Assembly (NCBI GenBank): GCA_018302785.1
Contig: JAGVZF010000034.1
Span: 1-57,417 of the forward strand
DNA length: 57,417 nucleotides
Direction of reading: 5' to 3'
Source of the DNA: Candidatus Woesearchaeota archaeon
Lineage (GTDB): Archaea; Nanobdellota; Nanobdellia; SCGC-AAA011-G17; JAGVZF01
Under the pieces are notes generated by a model. It did not search any database and had not been told where the DNA came from. It saw only the letters and a program-made list of their open reading frames with translations. This document shows, one piece after another, positions 17,866 to 28,205 of the stretch (positions are counted from its first letter, which is position 1; every line of letters starts with the position of its first letter). The position numbers and the translations under genes were made by a program.

Positions 17866-19635
17866 CTAATATTTTAATTTTATTTTATTAATTATATCAA
17901 GAACTCTCTTTGTAGAATTTCCATCAATTTTATAAAACAAATCTTTTAGTATCTTATCCCTAGCTTTTTTTAATGAGTTAATTACTTTCTTATTATTTAA
18001 TACATCATCAATTGCTTTTTTTAAGTCTTCTTTACTATACACTTCATAACAAACACCAGCCCCAACATAGGGAAGATCATCCTTAACTCCAGTTAAATTC
18101 AAAGAGATTACAGGTTTATCAAACGCCAAAGCCTCTAGTATTGTAGAAGATCCAAATGATATTATAACATCCGAGACATAAAATAAATCATAAAGATTAG
18201 AGCTTAATATAGTTACATGAGTCTTATATTTAGCAGAGAGCCTCAAATACTCATTAGTAGTCAATTCATCTCCAGGATGTTTTTTTACAATAATTTGAAA
18301 TTCTTTAAGTTCTTTAGCAGAATCCAATAATGCTAGAAAAATTGGTCCATTAATGCTTTTATGAACAGCAGAAGTAAATAATATAATCCTCTTATTAGGC
18401 AAGGAGAATTTTTCCATTATTGAATCTTTATCCCTATTGTCAAGAACCGAATCTAATTTTGGCCAACCTGTGACTATAACATTTTTAATTCCCCTTTTAT
18501 TATAAAACTCTTTACTTCTAAGGCCATAAGCTAAATAATAGTCTAATGTAGGTGAATTATATGAAGTAGGCTCTCGGTTATTCAGAACTCCGTTTTGCAT
18601 ATACACTAAAGGAATTTTTTGTTCCCTACAGTATCTATAAACTGGTTTAGCTAGCCCAGATGATTCATCCAAACCAAATATCAAAGAAGGCTTACAAATA
18701 TCTATCATATTCCTTCCAACCTCATGTACATAAAGAATTTCTTCTATAAACATTCTTTTTCCAAAGAAATAATCAAATATATCTTCTAAACTATTCTCTA
18801 ATTGTATATTTAAATATGAAAATTTTATTTTTTTAAATGACTTAAATTTATTATTATAAATTTTTAAGTAATCCTTAACATTCTTTATATCATCAAATGA
18901 ACAAAATTTTTCAAAATCCACATAATCTAAGTTATTACTATCTAAGACGTTCTTTAATTGTTCTTTGACTCTAATTTCCTGCCTTATTATAAGTCCATCT
19001 GAAGTTCTTTTTATTATTGGGAGAATGCTATCAATAGCACTATTTAAGCTAATAATAAATAAGACTTGGTTTTTCTTTACTTCCAAATCTAGACTATTTT
19101 TTCTATTTCTATATCTTCTTAAAGTCCTGATAATAAAAGGTTTGAAGTTTGGTAATTTATATTTCCGTTTGCCTATAACAGGTATATTATAAAATCCAGT
19201 TACATCAAGAATAGCATTGGATATAACAGAAGCATCGTAAACGAAGTAAACACAATTTATCTTTTCATCCTGTATTACTTTCTTAAATAGTTTTATCATC
19301 TGTAATCTATCATTAAAATATTCATAAAGAAAACTAATAAAATTAGATTCCATATAATCCCACATATCAATATTTTTGTATTTTAGAAATTCCATTAATG
19401 TTATATTATTTACTTTTAATTCCCCCCAAGATTTATATAAGTTCCATGCCTCAAAAAACATATCTTTATTCAAGTCCCCATAATAATCTTCTTCACTTTT
19501 TGAATCAAAATTAATTAAATTCTTTGTACCTTTTAATGCAAGAATTATAAATTTCTCATTCTTAGAAGTTAAATTACTTATTAAACTATTATAAAAATTA
19601 ATTTCATTTAGATTTTTGATTACAATTAATTTCAT
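17866..19635 (-). CDS. GT-B fold surface-glycan protein (CDP-glycerol glycerophosphotransferase / sialyltransferase-like)
   Basis: MQNG, VTGWPKLD, VKKHPGD, SSTILEAL..DKPVI, DGNSTKR motifs. Confidence 0.7.
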   Translation of the reverse strand: MKLIVIKNLNEINFYNSLISNLTSKNEKFIILALKGTKNLINFDSKSEEDYYGDLNKDMFFEAWNLYKSWGELKVNNITLMEFLKYKNIDMWDYMESNFISFLYEYFNDRLQMIKLFKKVIQDEKINCVYFVYDASVISNAILDVTGFYNIPVIGKRKYKLPNFKPFIIRTLRRYRNRKNSLDLEVKKNQVLFIISLNSAIDSILPIIKRTSDGLIIRQEIRVKEQLKNVLDSNNLDYVDFEKFCSFDDIKNVKDYLKIYNNKFKSFKKIKFSYLNIQLENSLEDIFDYFFGKRMFIEEILYVHEVGRNMIDICKPSLIFGLDESSGLAKPVYRYCREQKIPLVYMQNGVLNNREPTSYNSPTLDYYLAYGLRSKEFYNKRGIKNVIVTGWPKLDSVLDNRDKDSIMEKFSLPNKRIILFTSAVHKSINGPIFLALLDSAKELKEFQIIVKKHPGDELTTNEYLRLSAKYKTHVTILSSNLYDLFYVSDVIISFGSSTILEALAFDKPVISLNLTGVKDDLPYVGAGVCYEVYSKEDLKKAIDDVLNNKKVINSLKKARDKILKDLFYKIDGNSTKRVLDIINKIKLKY

Positions 19636-19636
19636 T

Positions 19637-20740
19637 TTAAATTAACTTAACATACATCTCTTCTAATTTTGGAATAAGTACCTTCCAATCATAATTTATA
19701 GCCTTACTTTTAGAATAATTTCCCATTTCCTTCAAATCCATTTTCATAATTCTTTCAATTGTCAATATAACTTCATTATCATTTATTACAAAACCATTTT
19801 TCCCATTTTCTATTAGTTCTTTAGCTGCACCAACATTAGTAGATATTACTGGTAAGCCTGCAGCCATCGCCTCTAATATGGGGATACCAAAACTCTCATT
19901 TGAGGAAGTTAACACAAATAAATCTGCACATAAATAATAATCAATAATCTCATTGAAAAATTTTTGGCCAACAAATATTACTTTATTCTCTATCTTAAGT
20001 TCTTTTATTAAATTATTTAAATACTTAAAATATTCATTATCAACAACAGTTCCAACATGAACAAAGAATACATCTAGATCTTTAATTGCCCTAAGGCTTA
20101 GCTCTAATCTCCTTTTTCTGACTATACTACTAACATTAATTACAATAAATTTATTGGGGATCTCCAATTTTCTTCTAAGCAACTGTTTATCATATTTTTT
20201 CTGAAATTTATGATAATCCACTCCTGAAGGCCAAACAAAAATTCTTTCTGGTTTAAGATTTGTCCTTTCCATTAAAATTTTCTTTTGTTCTTCAGTAAAA
20301 ACCTGAATTATATTTGCTTGTTTCGCTGGCCATTTTAAAAAAAAATTATAATAAATTTTACCTAATACCCCTTTATGGGGTGGCACATCCCGGTCTATAT
20401 CAGCCCATAATACTAAATTATATTTTTTAATTCTCTTCAAATATCCTGTTATAAATGTAGAAAAATACCCAATTACATGCGTATGTATGATATCTGGATT
20501 TTTATCAAATAATATTCTAAATATAACGCCTGGAAAGAATGCCTTTTTAAAAATTTTTATACCCCTAAATCTTGTAATTTTAACTTTAGATGCTTTATCA
20601 TTTGGAGGCAAGGCACTTAATCTAACGTCAGAAGTGTATATTTCAACATCATGACCTAAGTCCTTCATACCCTCTATCATGTAAATGGTACTATGGCCAC
20701 TTCTATTACTATAATCATCTAATATGTGAATAATTTTCAT
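19637..20740 (-). CDS. Glycosyltransferase family 4
   Basis: ESFGIPILEAMAAGLPVI. Confidence 0.93.
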   Translation of the reverse strand: MKIIHILDDYSNRSGHSTIYMIEGMKDLGHDVEIYTSDVRLSALPPNDKASKVKITRFRGIKIFKKAFFPGVIFRILFDKNPDIIHTHVIGYFSTFITGYLKRIKKYNLVLWADIDRDVPPHKGVLGKIYYNFFLKWPAKQANIIQVFTEEQKKILMERTNLKPERIFVWPSGVDYHKFQKKYDKQLLRRKLEIPNKFIVINVSSIVRKRRLELSLRAIKDLDVFFVHVGTVVDNEYFKYLNNLIKELKIENKVIFVGQKFFNEIIDYYLCADLFVLTSSNESFGIPILEAMAAGLPVISTNVGAAKELIENGKNGFVINDNEVILTIERIMKMDLKEMGNYSKSKAINYDWKVLIPKLEEMYVKLI

Positions 20741-20762
20741 AAAGAGTAAAAACTAATTAATT

Positions 20763-21806
20763 TTATAAAACTAATCTTTTATAACCACTAATCACCTTTT
20801 CAATAATCACTTCCCAAACAAAATTTTTTTCTATGTGTTTTGATAACTCTCTACTTTTATCTTTAGATAGCCCCTCTTTAATAGCTTTTTCAATGCTTTC
20901 TATATTAAGTGGATTTACATAATCTCCATAATCCCCAAAATATTCTTTAGTACTCCCTCTTTCTGTTATTACAATATTTGTGCCAGCCAATGCAGCTTCT
21001 AAAGCAACTATACCAGGACTTTCAACATAACTGGGTAGTACAAGAACTTTGGCTGCAGCATATGCCGACATTAAAATACTTGAATCCATGTCAAACTTAC
21101 CCAAGAAATGAATATTTTTCCCGGCAGTCTTAACACAAGTATCATAATATTGTTGCTGATCAATAATTTTATCTCCAATAATAACTAAAGGAGTCCCAAG
21201 TTTATTCATTATCTTAATTAAATTAAGAACATTCTTCCTTGTGTCTATTCTCCCCACAAAAAGTACAAAATCTTGCAGTTTATATTTATCAATGAATTCA
21301 TCTGGTTTTGCATTCTTAAATTTTTTTTCAACTCCTACAGGTACTGTAAAAATCTTTTCTTTATTAATATTAAAATCCCTAATTAAATAATCTGTTTCGT
21401 CACGAGAATCAACAAATATAATATCTGACATTTTCAAAATACTTTTAGTTTTTATTCCAAAGTCAAATAATATAGAATTCTTTAATCCGAAATAAGCTAG
21501 ATTTTTGAACTTTTTCTTAAATCCGAATGATTCATATAAAGAATACTTCAATGAAGGCCTATTATATATAGGAGTTAATGCAATAGGAACTTTTTGTAAA
21601 TGCGCAAAATTAACTACATCATAACAATTATTTGATTTACCAAAATTATGCAATAAATCAAAATCATTTAGTTTATCTTCCCACGGATTAAATAATTTAA
21701 CTTTTATTCCCGCTTTTTCTAAATATTCTTTAGTTTTAAGTAATAAAACCTCTCCACCACCCGGATGCTGGAATCCTATATTGCTATTATTAAATAGAAT
21801 CTTCAT
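20763..21806 (-). CDS. Glycosyltransferase family 4 (paralog of the gene ending at 27171)
   Basis: PGGGE, FVGRI..RKN, PSYVESPGIVALEA. Confidence 0.92.
   Translation of the reverse strand: MKILFNNSNIGFQHPGGGEVLLLKTKEYLEKAGIKVKLFNPWEDKLNDFDLLHNFGKSNNCYDVVNFAHLQKVPIALTPIYNRPSLKYSLYESFGFKKKFKNLAYFGLKNSILFDFGIKTKSILKMSDIIFVDSRDETDYLIRDFNINKEKIFTVPVGVEKKFKNAKPDEFIDKYKLQDFVLFVGRIDTRKNVLNLIKIMNKLGTPLVIIGDKIIDQQQYYDTCVKTAGKNIHFLGKFDMDSSILMSAYAAAKVLVLPSYVESPGIVALEAALAGTNIVITERGSTKEYFGDYGDYVNPLNIESIEKAIKEGLSKDKSRELSKHIEKNFVWEVIIEKVISGYKRLVL
21265..21311. repeat. 47-bp exact repeat; second copy at 27670-27716
   Basis: acaaaatcttgcagtttatatttatcaatgaattcatctggttttgc occurs in both GT4 paralogs. Confidence 0.9.
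21690..21742. repeat. 53-bp exact repeat; second copy at 28089-28141
   Basis: aaataatttaacttttattcccgctttttctaaatattctttagttttaagta occurs in both GT4 paralogs. Confidence 0.9.
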
Positions 21807-21843
21807 TGGTATAAATATCAGAAGATAAAAAATAAAAAATATC

Positions 21844-22890
21844 TTACTGAACTAAATGTTCTAAGCTCAACAAAACACCTGCAGGTAAATCAACACTAAC
21901 TACCCTTCCCAAATATATTTCATATTCCTTTGGAGAAATACCAGTTCCAGGTCTCTTTATTCCAAGATTGTCCTCAGTTAGAATGTCTCCTGCTTTAACA
22001 TCTCTAGTTATTACTAAACTATGCCTAAATAAATCTGTTGCACTTTTCTCTACTTCTAAAAATGCCTTCTGAGTACCTAATGCACGGTGAATTTCATCTA
22101 CACCTCTTACTAACTCAGACAATTCATCAGGTTCAATTGAAGCTTTTTGATCTGGTCCTGGCCAATTTCTATCAATAGTAAAATGTTTTTCAACAAGATT
22201 TGCCCCTAAACCTATAGCAGCCAATGTAATAGTGATTCCTTGTGAATGATCAGAAAAACCTATAGGTATATTGTACTTTCTTTTCAATACAGGTATTACG
22301 CCAATATTACAATCTTCTGGTCTAGTAGGGTATTGAAAAACACAGTGCATTAATGCAATTTGGTCATTAATTTTAACAACAGACTGGAGGGCATCATCTA
22401 TGTCTTGATACGTAGAAGCTGCTGTAGATATTATCATTGGTTTCCCTCTTCTTGCAATATGTCTAAGTAATGGCATATTAGTCAATTCTCCAGATCCTAT
22501 CTTGTAACCAGGTAAATCAAATTCATCAAGGAAATCAATAGCTTCTCTGCAATAAGCTGTAGACATAAAAATTATCCCTTTTTCTTCTGCCCGTCTCTTA
22601 AGCGCACGATGATCATCTTTAGACAAACTGATTCTGTTTAATAATTCATATAAATTTTCATTCTCCAAGTGGACAGCACTACCAGCAGACTCTAACATTT
22701 CATATTCAGGTAAATGAGTTTGGAATTTAACAACATCAGCTCCAGATTCTGCTGCAGCATCAACTAATTCCACAGCCTTTTTCATATCACCATCATGATT
22801 TATGCCTGCCTCTGCAATAATAAAAGGCTTATAACCATCTCCAATATTTCTTCCAATATATATGCTACTTTTCATGTTCATTACCTCCAT
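21844..22890 (-). CDS. neuB: Nonulosonic acid synthase (NeuB/LegI/PseI family) with SAF domain; true start probably 22875 after SD GGAGGT
   Basis: IIAEAGINH.G, VKFQT, KIGSGE, GFSDHS, EKHFT, GPDQ..S, KRPGTGI motifs. Confidence 0.95.
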   Translation of the reverse strand: MEVMNMKSSIYIGRNIGDGYKPFIIAEAGINHDGDMKKAVELVDAAAESGADVVKFQTHLPEYEMLESAGSAVHLENENLYELLNRISLSKDDHRALKRRAEEKGIIFMSTAYCREAIDFLDEFDLPGYKIGSGELTNMPLLRHIARRGKPMIISTAASTYQDIDDALQSVVKINDQIALMHCVFQYPTRPEDCNIGVIPVLKRKYNIPIGFSDHSQGITITLAAIGLGANLVEKHFTIDRNWPGPDQKASIEPDELSELVRGVDEIHRALGTQKAFLEVEKSATDLFRHSLVITRDVKAGDILTEDNLGIKRPGTGISPKEYEIYLGRVVSVDLPAGVLLSLEHLVQ

Positions 22891-22912
22891 ATGTTTATCA
22901 ATTTAAAAACTA

Positions 22913-23629
22913 TTACAATAATTTAAGTTTCTTAAGATGTTGTTCTATAACAAAAAAATCTACTTCTGTGTCTATATCTAAAGAGGAAAATTCATCCATT
23001 TCATATATTGCATTATTCTCTTTAATAACTATATTATTCTTTTCTTTTAGTTTATCCCTTTTAGTAAACCAAAATGCACCATTAGCTTGATATACTGAAG
23101 GCAGTTGCTGCCTCTCTAAATTATATGCATCTCTTCCATCATCTAATTCTATCAATGGAACTCCCAAATCATTTTTTTCAACAAACATCCAATAAGGGGG
23201 GAAGGCTCTTTTTACACTAATTAAAGAATCAAAATTCCCGCTCATAAATTTTTCGTAAGCCTCCTTAATATGTGAAGCAGTTGTAAGTGGAGTAGTACAT
23301 TGTAATGTTACCACAACATCTACCTTAATTCCTTTACTCTGTTCCAAAAAAGATACTGCATGTTCTATAACTGGTGGAGTATGAGCAATATCGGTAGCCA
23401 AATGTGCAGGCCTTAAAAAAGGAACAGATGCCCCAAATTTTCTTGCAATATTTGCTATTTCTTCAGAATCTGTACTAACAATAACATCATTAAATACCTT
23501 AGATTTTAATGATGCTTCAATTGCATATGTAATCAATGGTTTTCCATCTAGTAACTTAATGTTTTTTCCAGGAACCCCTTTTGATCCTCCTCTTGCAGGG
23601 ATAATTGCTACAACATACTTATTACCCAT
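22913..23629 (-). CDS. neuA: Acylneuraminate cytidylyltransferase
   Basis: IPARGGSKG.PGKN, VSTDS, RP..LA.D, LQ.T.P, RQ, NGA, DIDT..DF motifs. Confidence 0.95.
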   Translation of the reverse strand: MGNKYVVAIIPARGGSKGVPGKNIKLLDGKPLITYAIEASLKSKVFNDVIVSTDSEEIANIARKFGASVPFLRPAHLATDIAHTPPVIEHAVSFLEQSKGIKVDVVVTLQCTTPLTTASHIKEAYEKFMSGNFDSLISVKRAFPPYWMFVEKNDLGVPLIELDDGRDAYNLERQQLPSVYQANGAFWFTKRDKLKEKNNIVIKENNAIYEMDEFSSLDIDTEVDFFVIEQHLKKLKLL

Positions 23630-23680
23630 AAATATACACTATCAGATAAATTTAAATAAATTTCTACTAGCCTCAACTTC

Positions 23681-24796
23681 ATGAAAATATTAAGTGCTGC
23701 ATGGCACCCCGGAAGTGCAAACTCAATAGCTCCTGTAATAAAGCAATTAGAAAATGATCCCAATGTTGAGTTAGAAGTACTTGCATTTGAGTCTGCAGCA
23801 GAAGTTTTTAAAGATAAAGGTATTAATTGTTCCGAAGTTTCATCGCCATCATTAGAGTCTATGATTTCAATAGTAGACTCTATAAATCCAGATTTAACAC
23901 TAACAGGAACAAGTAATCGGAACAAAAAACATAACGAAGTACTTGAACAAAATGTAACTCTTGCAACCAAAGTAAGGGGAATTGCATCATTAGCAGTAGT
24001 GGATGTAGTAAGTACATATACAGAAATTTTCAGTGGATCTAAACCAAATCAAAGATTTTTATATCTTCCAGATAAGGTAGCTGTAATGAATGAAAAAGCC
24101 AGACAATTAATGTTAGAAGAAGGTTTTCCAAGTGAAATAATTCATGTCACTGGGAATCCACAATTTGATGATCTATCCTCTATAAAAAGTAGTTTTACAC
24201 AAGAGGATAAAGAAAGAATAAGAAGAGAGTTAAATATAAGTCTAAATTCATATTTAGTTTTATTTTTGTCACAACCTATTGAAGATGACTTTGGATCAGA
24301 TACATCAAATCCAAAATACTTAGGATATACTGAAAAAACAGTATTCTCATACTTACTTGAAACAATACAAAAAACAAAACAACCTGAACAAGGACTAGTT
24401 TTACTTGTAAAAACGCATCCAAGGGAAGGAGAAGCAGAAAGTTTGAAAGCATTAGCAAGTTCATATCCAAGTACAAGATTCATTGGAAGATATAACCCTA
24501 GACAATTAATTTTAGCAGCAGATTTAGTCATTAGCGCATTTTCAACACTTCTTTACGATTCCACTTTATTAGACAAACCATCCATTAGCCTACAACCAGG
24601 TTTAATTAAAGAAGATATGATAGCAACCAATCCATTAGGTATCACAGTCCCCATATATACAAAAGAAGAAATAGTTCCAACATTGGAAAGAACAATACAT
24701 AATCAAAGTTATCAAAAAGATTTGAAAATAAAAAGAGATAGTTTTAAAATAGAAGGTAATGCAACGCAAAATATCTTAAATTTAATTTATAGATAA
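23681..24796 (+). CDS. GT-B fold protein (sialyltransferase / glycerophosphotransferase / epimerase-like), antisense to the surrounding operon
   Basis: HPGSAN, VTGNPQFD, FLSQP, VKTHPRE, ST.LYD..L.DKP.IS motifs. Confidence 0.7.
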   Translation: MKILSAAWHPGSANSIAPVIKQLENDPNVELEVLAFESAAEVFKDKGINCSEVSSPSLESMISIVDSINPDLTLTGTSNRNKKHNEVLEQNVTLATKVRGIASLAVVDVVSTYTEIFSGSKPNQRFLYLPDKVAVMNEKARQLMLEEGFPSEIIHVTGNPQFDDLSSIKSSFTQEDKERIRRELNISLNSYLVLFLSQPIEDDFGSDTSNPKYLGYTEKTVFSYLLETIQKTKQPEQGLVLLVKTHPREGEAESLKALASSYPSTRFIGRYNPRQLILAADLVISAFSTLLYDSTLLDKPSISLQPGLIKEDMIATNPLGITVPIYTKEEIVPTLERTIHNQSYQKDLKIKRDSFKIEGNATQNILNLIYR

Positions 24797-24801
24797 TTAA
24801 T

Positions 24802-25839
24802 TTAAACCAATTGAGCTGACTCTTTTATCATTCTTCTTAGAACAGCCCCCCTTAATCCACATCCATCGCATATTTTCATATCTCCAGACCTACCATCAAG
24901 ATGAAGTTTTCTAAAAGCCATAAGTTTTCTACTTTTCCAAATATCTTCTAATTTATCAGTATTCAAATTACCTACAACTTCTTCATTGTAAGTATCACCA
25001 CAACATAAAGTAACATTACCATTCCAATTTACAAATAATCTGTGCCAAAGTTGCGGGCAGGCAAATTTCTTTTCAACTTCTGGAAAAGAACCTTTACTTC
25101 CTAAAGACATATCGTACATATCATCAAATGCAACAATATCAACATGAGATCCCCAGAATTTCTTAAATTCCTCTACTTGGTGTTTATTAGTTTCTTGAAG
25201 AACAGCTTGTATTCTAATCCTAGGTTTCAATTCTCCAGCAGCATTTGTCTTTCCTACCTCATCTCTCAATCTTTTAAATCTACTAATATTCTCTACAACT
25301 TGATCAAATTTTGCACCAACCCTAATAGACTCGTAAACCTCTTTGGTGCATCCATCCACAGAAAAAATTACTTTATCAATACCAGCATCTATTAGAGCTC
25401 TAGCTTTAGCTTCAGTCATCAAAGTCCCATTTGTATTGATCATTACCTCGATAACCCCTTTTTGTTTAGCATATCTTACCATATCAACAAGCTTAGAATG
25501 TAGCATAGGTTCTCCCCTATAATTTAATTTAATAGAGGCTAATTTCTTATTCCCAAATTTATCTTGTCTTCCCTCATCAATACCTTTTTTGAATAACTCA
25601 AAATCCATATAGCCTAATTCATTTTCTTCATGGAATTTCTTATCACTCTGGAAGCACATTACACACCTTAAATTACAAGGTGCAGCACTTTCAAAGTCAA
25701 CATGGATTGGGAAATCATCCACTATATTTAGCGCAGGATTATTATTCCATCTCCATCTATACTTTTGATACTCTTCTGTACTCTCTTCATTAGACCCTTG
25801 AGCTACAGTAAATGTCGGATTAACAATGAATTCTACCAT
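24802..25839 (-). CDS. Radical SAM protein with SPASM/twitch domain
   Basis: CNLRCVMC, RGEPMLH, NTNGT, FSVDG; C-terminal CPQLW...G.V.LCC.D...GN...C..C. Confidence 0.92.
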   Translation of the reverse strand: MVEFIVNPTFTVAQGSNEESTEEYQKYRWRWNNNPALNIVDDFPIHVDFESAAPCNLRCVMCFQSDKKFHEENELGYMDFELFKKGIDEGRQDKFGNKKLASIKLNYRGEPMLHSKLVDMVRYAKQKGVIEVMINTNGTLMTEAKARALIDAGIDKVIFSVDGCTKEVYESIRVGAKFDQVVENISRFKRLRDEVGKTNAAGELKPRIRIQAVLQETNKHQVEEFKKFWGSHVDIVAFDDMYDMSLGSKGSFPEVEKKFACPQLWHRLFVNWNGNVTLCCGDTYNEEVVGNLNTDKLEDIWKSRKLMAFRKLHLDGRSGDMKICDGCGLRGAVLRRMIKESAQLV

Positions 25840-25904
25840 ATAATAAGCCTCTTCTAATTTTAATTCCCAATATTTTAAATTACTTTTGGTATTACTAGTA
25901 GATA

Positions 25905-27128
25905 CTAATTTTCTAATGATTTTAAAGAATCTACATTCTCCATAACTTTAGTAAAACCATTAATGATATCTTGCATGTCTTCAAAATTATTTGGGTACAT
26001 AATTTTTCTAATCCATATAGCACTTTTACTACACAAATCTTCTGCAATAGGATTCATACCTTTATAATACTTTCCTTCATCATTATTGAGGAATATTGGA
26101 TTCATATATAGTGGATGTGGATATCCCTTATCAGCCTCGATACCCTCAGCATTTAACGCTTTCAAAAAAACATCTCTAGTTACTCCTACTTTATTTTCAT
26201 CAAATAATAAAGGGCATACATGAGCTACACTATAAGATTGATTTGGGATTTTTAACTTAGAGATTCCATCAAAGTTTATTCCTTTATCTAAATATTGGGT
26301 ATTAAGAATTCTATATTTATTTAAAGATTCTAACTTTTTAAGTTGCTCTATCCCGATAGCAGCCTCAAATTCAGTCATTCTATAGTTCCAACCTAAAATC
26401 TTAGAAAGATAACTTCTACCTCCACTAACTAATATCTCACCATGACTTCTAACTAGTCTACATATATCATTATAATCAGAATTATTAGTAATAATCATAC
26501 CACCTTCACCAGTCACCATATTTTTTGTCTCAACAAAACTAAACGCACCAATATCTCCAATTGTACCAACTAATTTTCCTTTATATTTTGCACCAGGAGA
26601 TTGTGCACAATCCTCAAGTATTTTTATATTATATTCATTTGCAATTTCTATAATAGGGCCCATGTCACAAGGATTACCCACAAGATGAACTGGAATTATT
26701 GCTTTAGTTTTTTTTGTAATTAATGATCTTATGTTCTCAGTATTAACATTAAAAGTATCTTTATTAACATCACAAAAAATTGGAATTGCATTACACATAA
26801 GAACAGAAGAAGCAGTAGCTGTAAACGTGTAACTAGGAACAATAACTTCATCACCTTTAGTTACACCAAGTGCTACTAAACCAGCATGTAAAGCAGCAGT
26901 TCCGGAGTTAAATGCCACTGCATAATTCATATTATGATATTTTGAAAATTTATCTTCAAATTCCATAACTTTTGGACCACCAGTTCTATAACTTTTATGA
27001 AATCCCGATAATACTCTAGTTCTAAAAACATCCATTACAGCTTTTTCTTCTTTTTCGTCATAGTCTGGTAAATATTGAAATGGCTTTTTCCTTATAGGCT
27101 CTCCTCCAAAAATAGCAAGTTTACTCAT
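25905..27128 (-). CDS. DegT/DnrJ/EryC1/StrS sugar aminotransferase
   Basis: NSGTAALH, EDCAQ, FSF..TKN...GEGG, GWNYRMTE motifs. Confidence 0.95.
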   Translation of the reverse strand: MSKLAIFGGEPIRKKPFQYLPDYDEKEEKAVMDVFRTRVLSGFHKSYRTGGPKVMEFEDKFSKYHNMNYAVAFNSGTAALHAGLVALGVTKGDEVIVPSYTFTATASSVLMCNAIPIFCDVNKDTFNVNTENIRSLITKKTKAIIPVHLVGNPCDMGPIIEIANEYNIKILEDCAQSPGAKYKGKLVGTIGDIGAFSFVETKNMVTGEGGMIITNNSDYNDICRLVRSHGEILVSGGRSYLSKILGWNYRMTEFEAAIGIEQLKKLESLNKYRILNTQYLDKGINFDGISKLKIPNQSYSVAHVCPLLFDENKVGVTRDVFLKALNAEGIEADKGYPHPLYMNPIFLNNDEGKYYKGMNPIAEDLCSKSAIWIRKIMYPNNFEDMQDIINGFTKVMENVDSLKSLEN

Positions 27129-27170
27129 ATTATCATTTTACTCAATTTATTTATTATTTAAATTTTATTG

Positions 27171-28205
27171 TTAAATTACTTTTTTATAGCCTATTATTAA
27201 TCTTTCAATAACTCTCGACCACAGAAAATTTTTTTTAATATGTAAAGACAAATCTTTATTCTTATCCTTATCAAGAGCTTTTCTTATTTTCATTTCAATA
27301 TCTAAATTACTACGTGGATTAACATAAAGAGCATATTTGTTATAATAATCCATAGTGGATCCTCTTCTTGTTATTACAATATTTGCTCCTGCTAATCCAG
27401 CTTCTAAACCCACTAAACTCGGAGTTTCGTACCAACTAGGCATCACTAATACTTTTGCTGCAGCATAAGCAGATTCTAGCATCGAAGAACCATGATCCAT
27501 ATTACCCAAGAAATAAATATTTTTCTTTGCAATTTTAACACAGTTTTCATAATATGTAAGATTATCTTGAGTTTTAGATCCAATTATAACCAAAGGTACT
27601 TTTATTTTATTCATAATTCTAATTAAACTCAGAATATTTTTCCTAGGTTCTATCTTTCCTACAAAAAGCACAAAATCTTGCAGTTTATATTTATCAATGA
27701 ATTCATCTGGTTTTGCCTTATAAAATCTCTCATCTACCCCACAAGGCACTGGATGTATCTTTCTTATTGGGAATCCAAAATCTTTACATAATAATCTCCC
27801 TTCAATCATTGAATCTGGAGTAATTAAATCAGTCATCATCATAATTTTTTTAGATTTAGAAACCATTGGAAAATGCTTCTTTAATAATGTGTATCCAATA
27901 TTTTTAATTTTTTGAGGTGTTAAAAAATGCTCATTTAAACCGTAACTCAAAGCGGGCCAGTTATATATTGGAGTTAAAACTACTGGTAAATTATACATTT
28001 TTGAAAGTTTGATGAAATCATAACTATTATCAGTCTTACCAAAATTATGCATTATATCGTAGTCAATCATTTTATCATGCCATTGATCAAATAATTTAAC
28101 TTTTATTCCCGCTTTTTCTAAATATTCTTTAGTTTTAAGTAGCAAAATTTCTCCGCCACCAGGAACTTGAAATACAGTATTGTTACAATTAAAAAGTACT
28201 TTCAT
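27171..28205 (-). CDS. Glycosyltransferase family 4 (probable start 28205, ATGA-coupled; ORF track gives 28220)
   Basis: PGGGE, FVGKIE.RKN, PSWYETPSLVGLEA. Confidence 0.92.
   Translation of the reverse strand: MKVLFNCNNTVFQVPGGGEILLLKTKEYLEKAGIKVKLFDQWHDKMIDYDIMHNFGKTDNSYDFIKLSKMYNLPVVLTPIYNWPALSYGLNEHFLTPQKIKNIGYTLLKKHFPMVSKSKKIMMMTDLITPDSMIEGRLLCKDFGFPIRKIHPVPCGVDERFYKAKPDEFIDKYKLQDFVLFVGKIEPRKNILSLIRIMNKIKVPLVIIGSKTQDNLTYYENCVKIAKKNIYFLGNMDHGSSMLESAYAAAKVLVMPSWYETPSLVGLEAGLAGANIVITRRGSTMDYYNKYALYVNPRSNLDIEMKIRKALDKDKNKDLSLHIKKNFLWSRVIERLIIGYKKVI

Noticed and set aside
20337-20345. A9 run in a GT4 gene (and similar runs) as phase-variation tracts
   Set aside because: The genes are in frame, and A/T runs of this length are expected in such AT-rich DNA.
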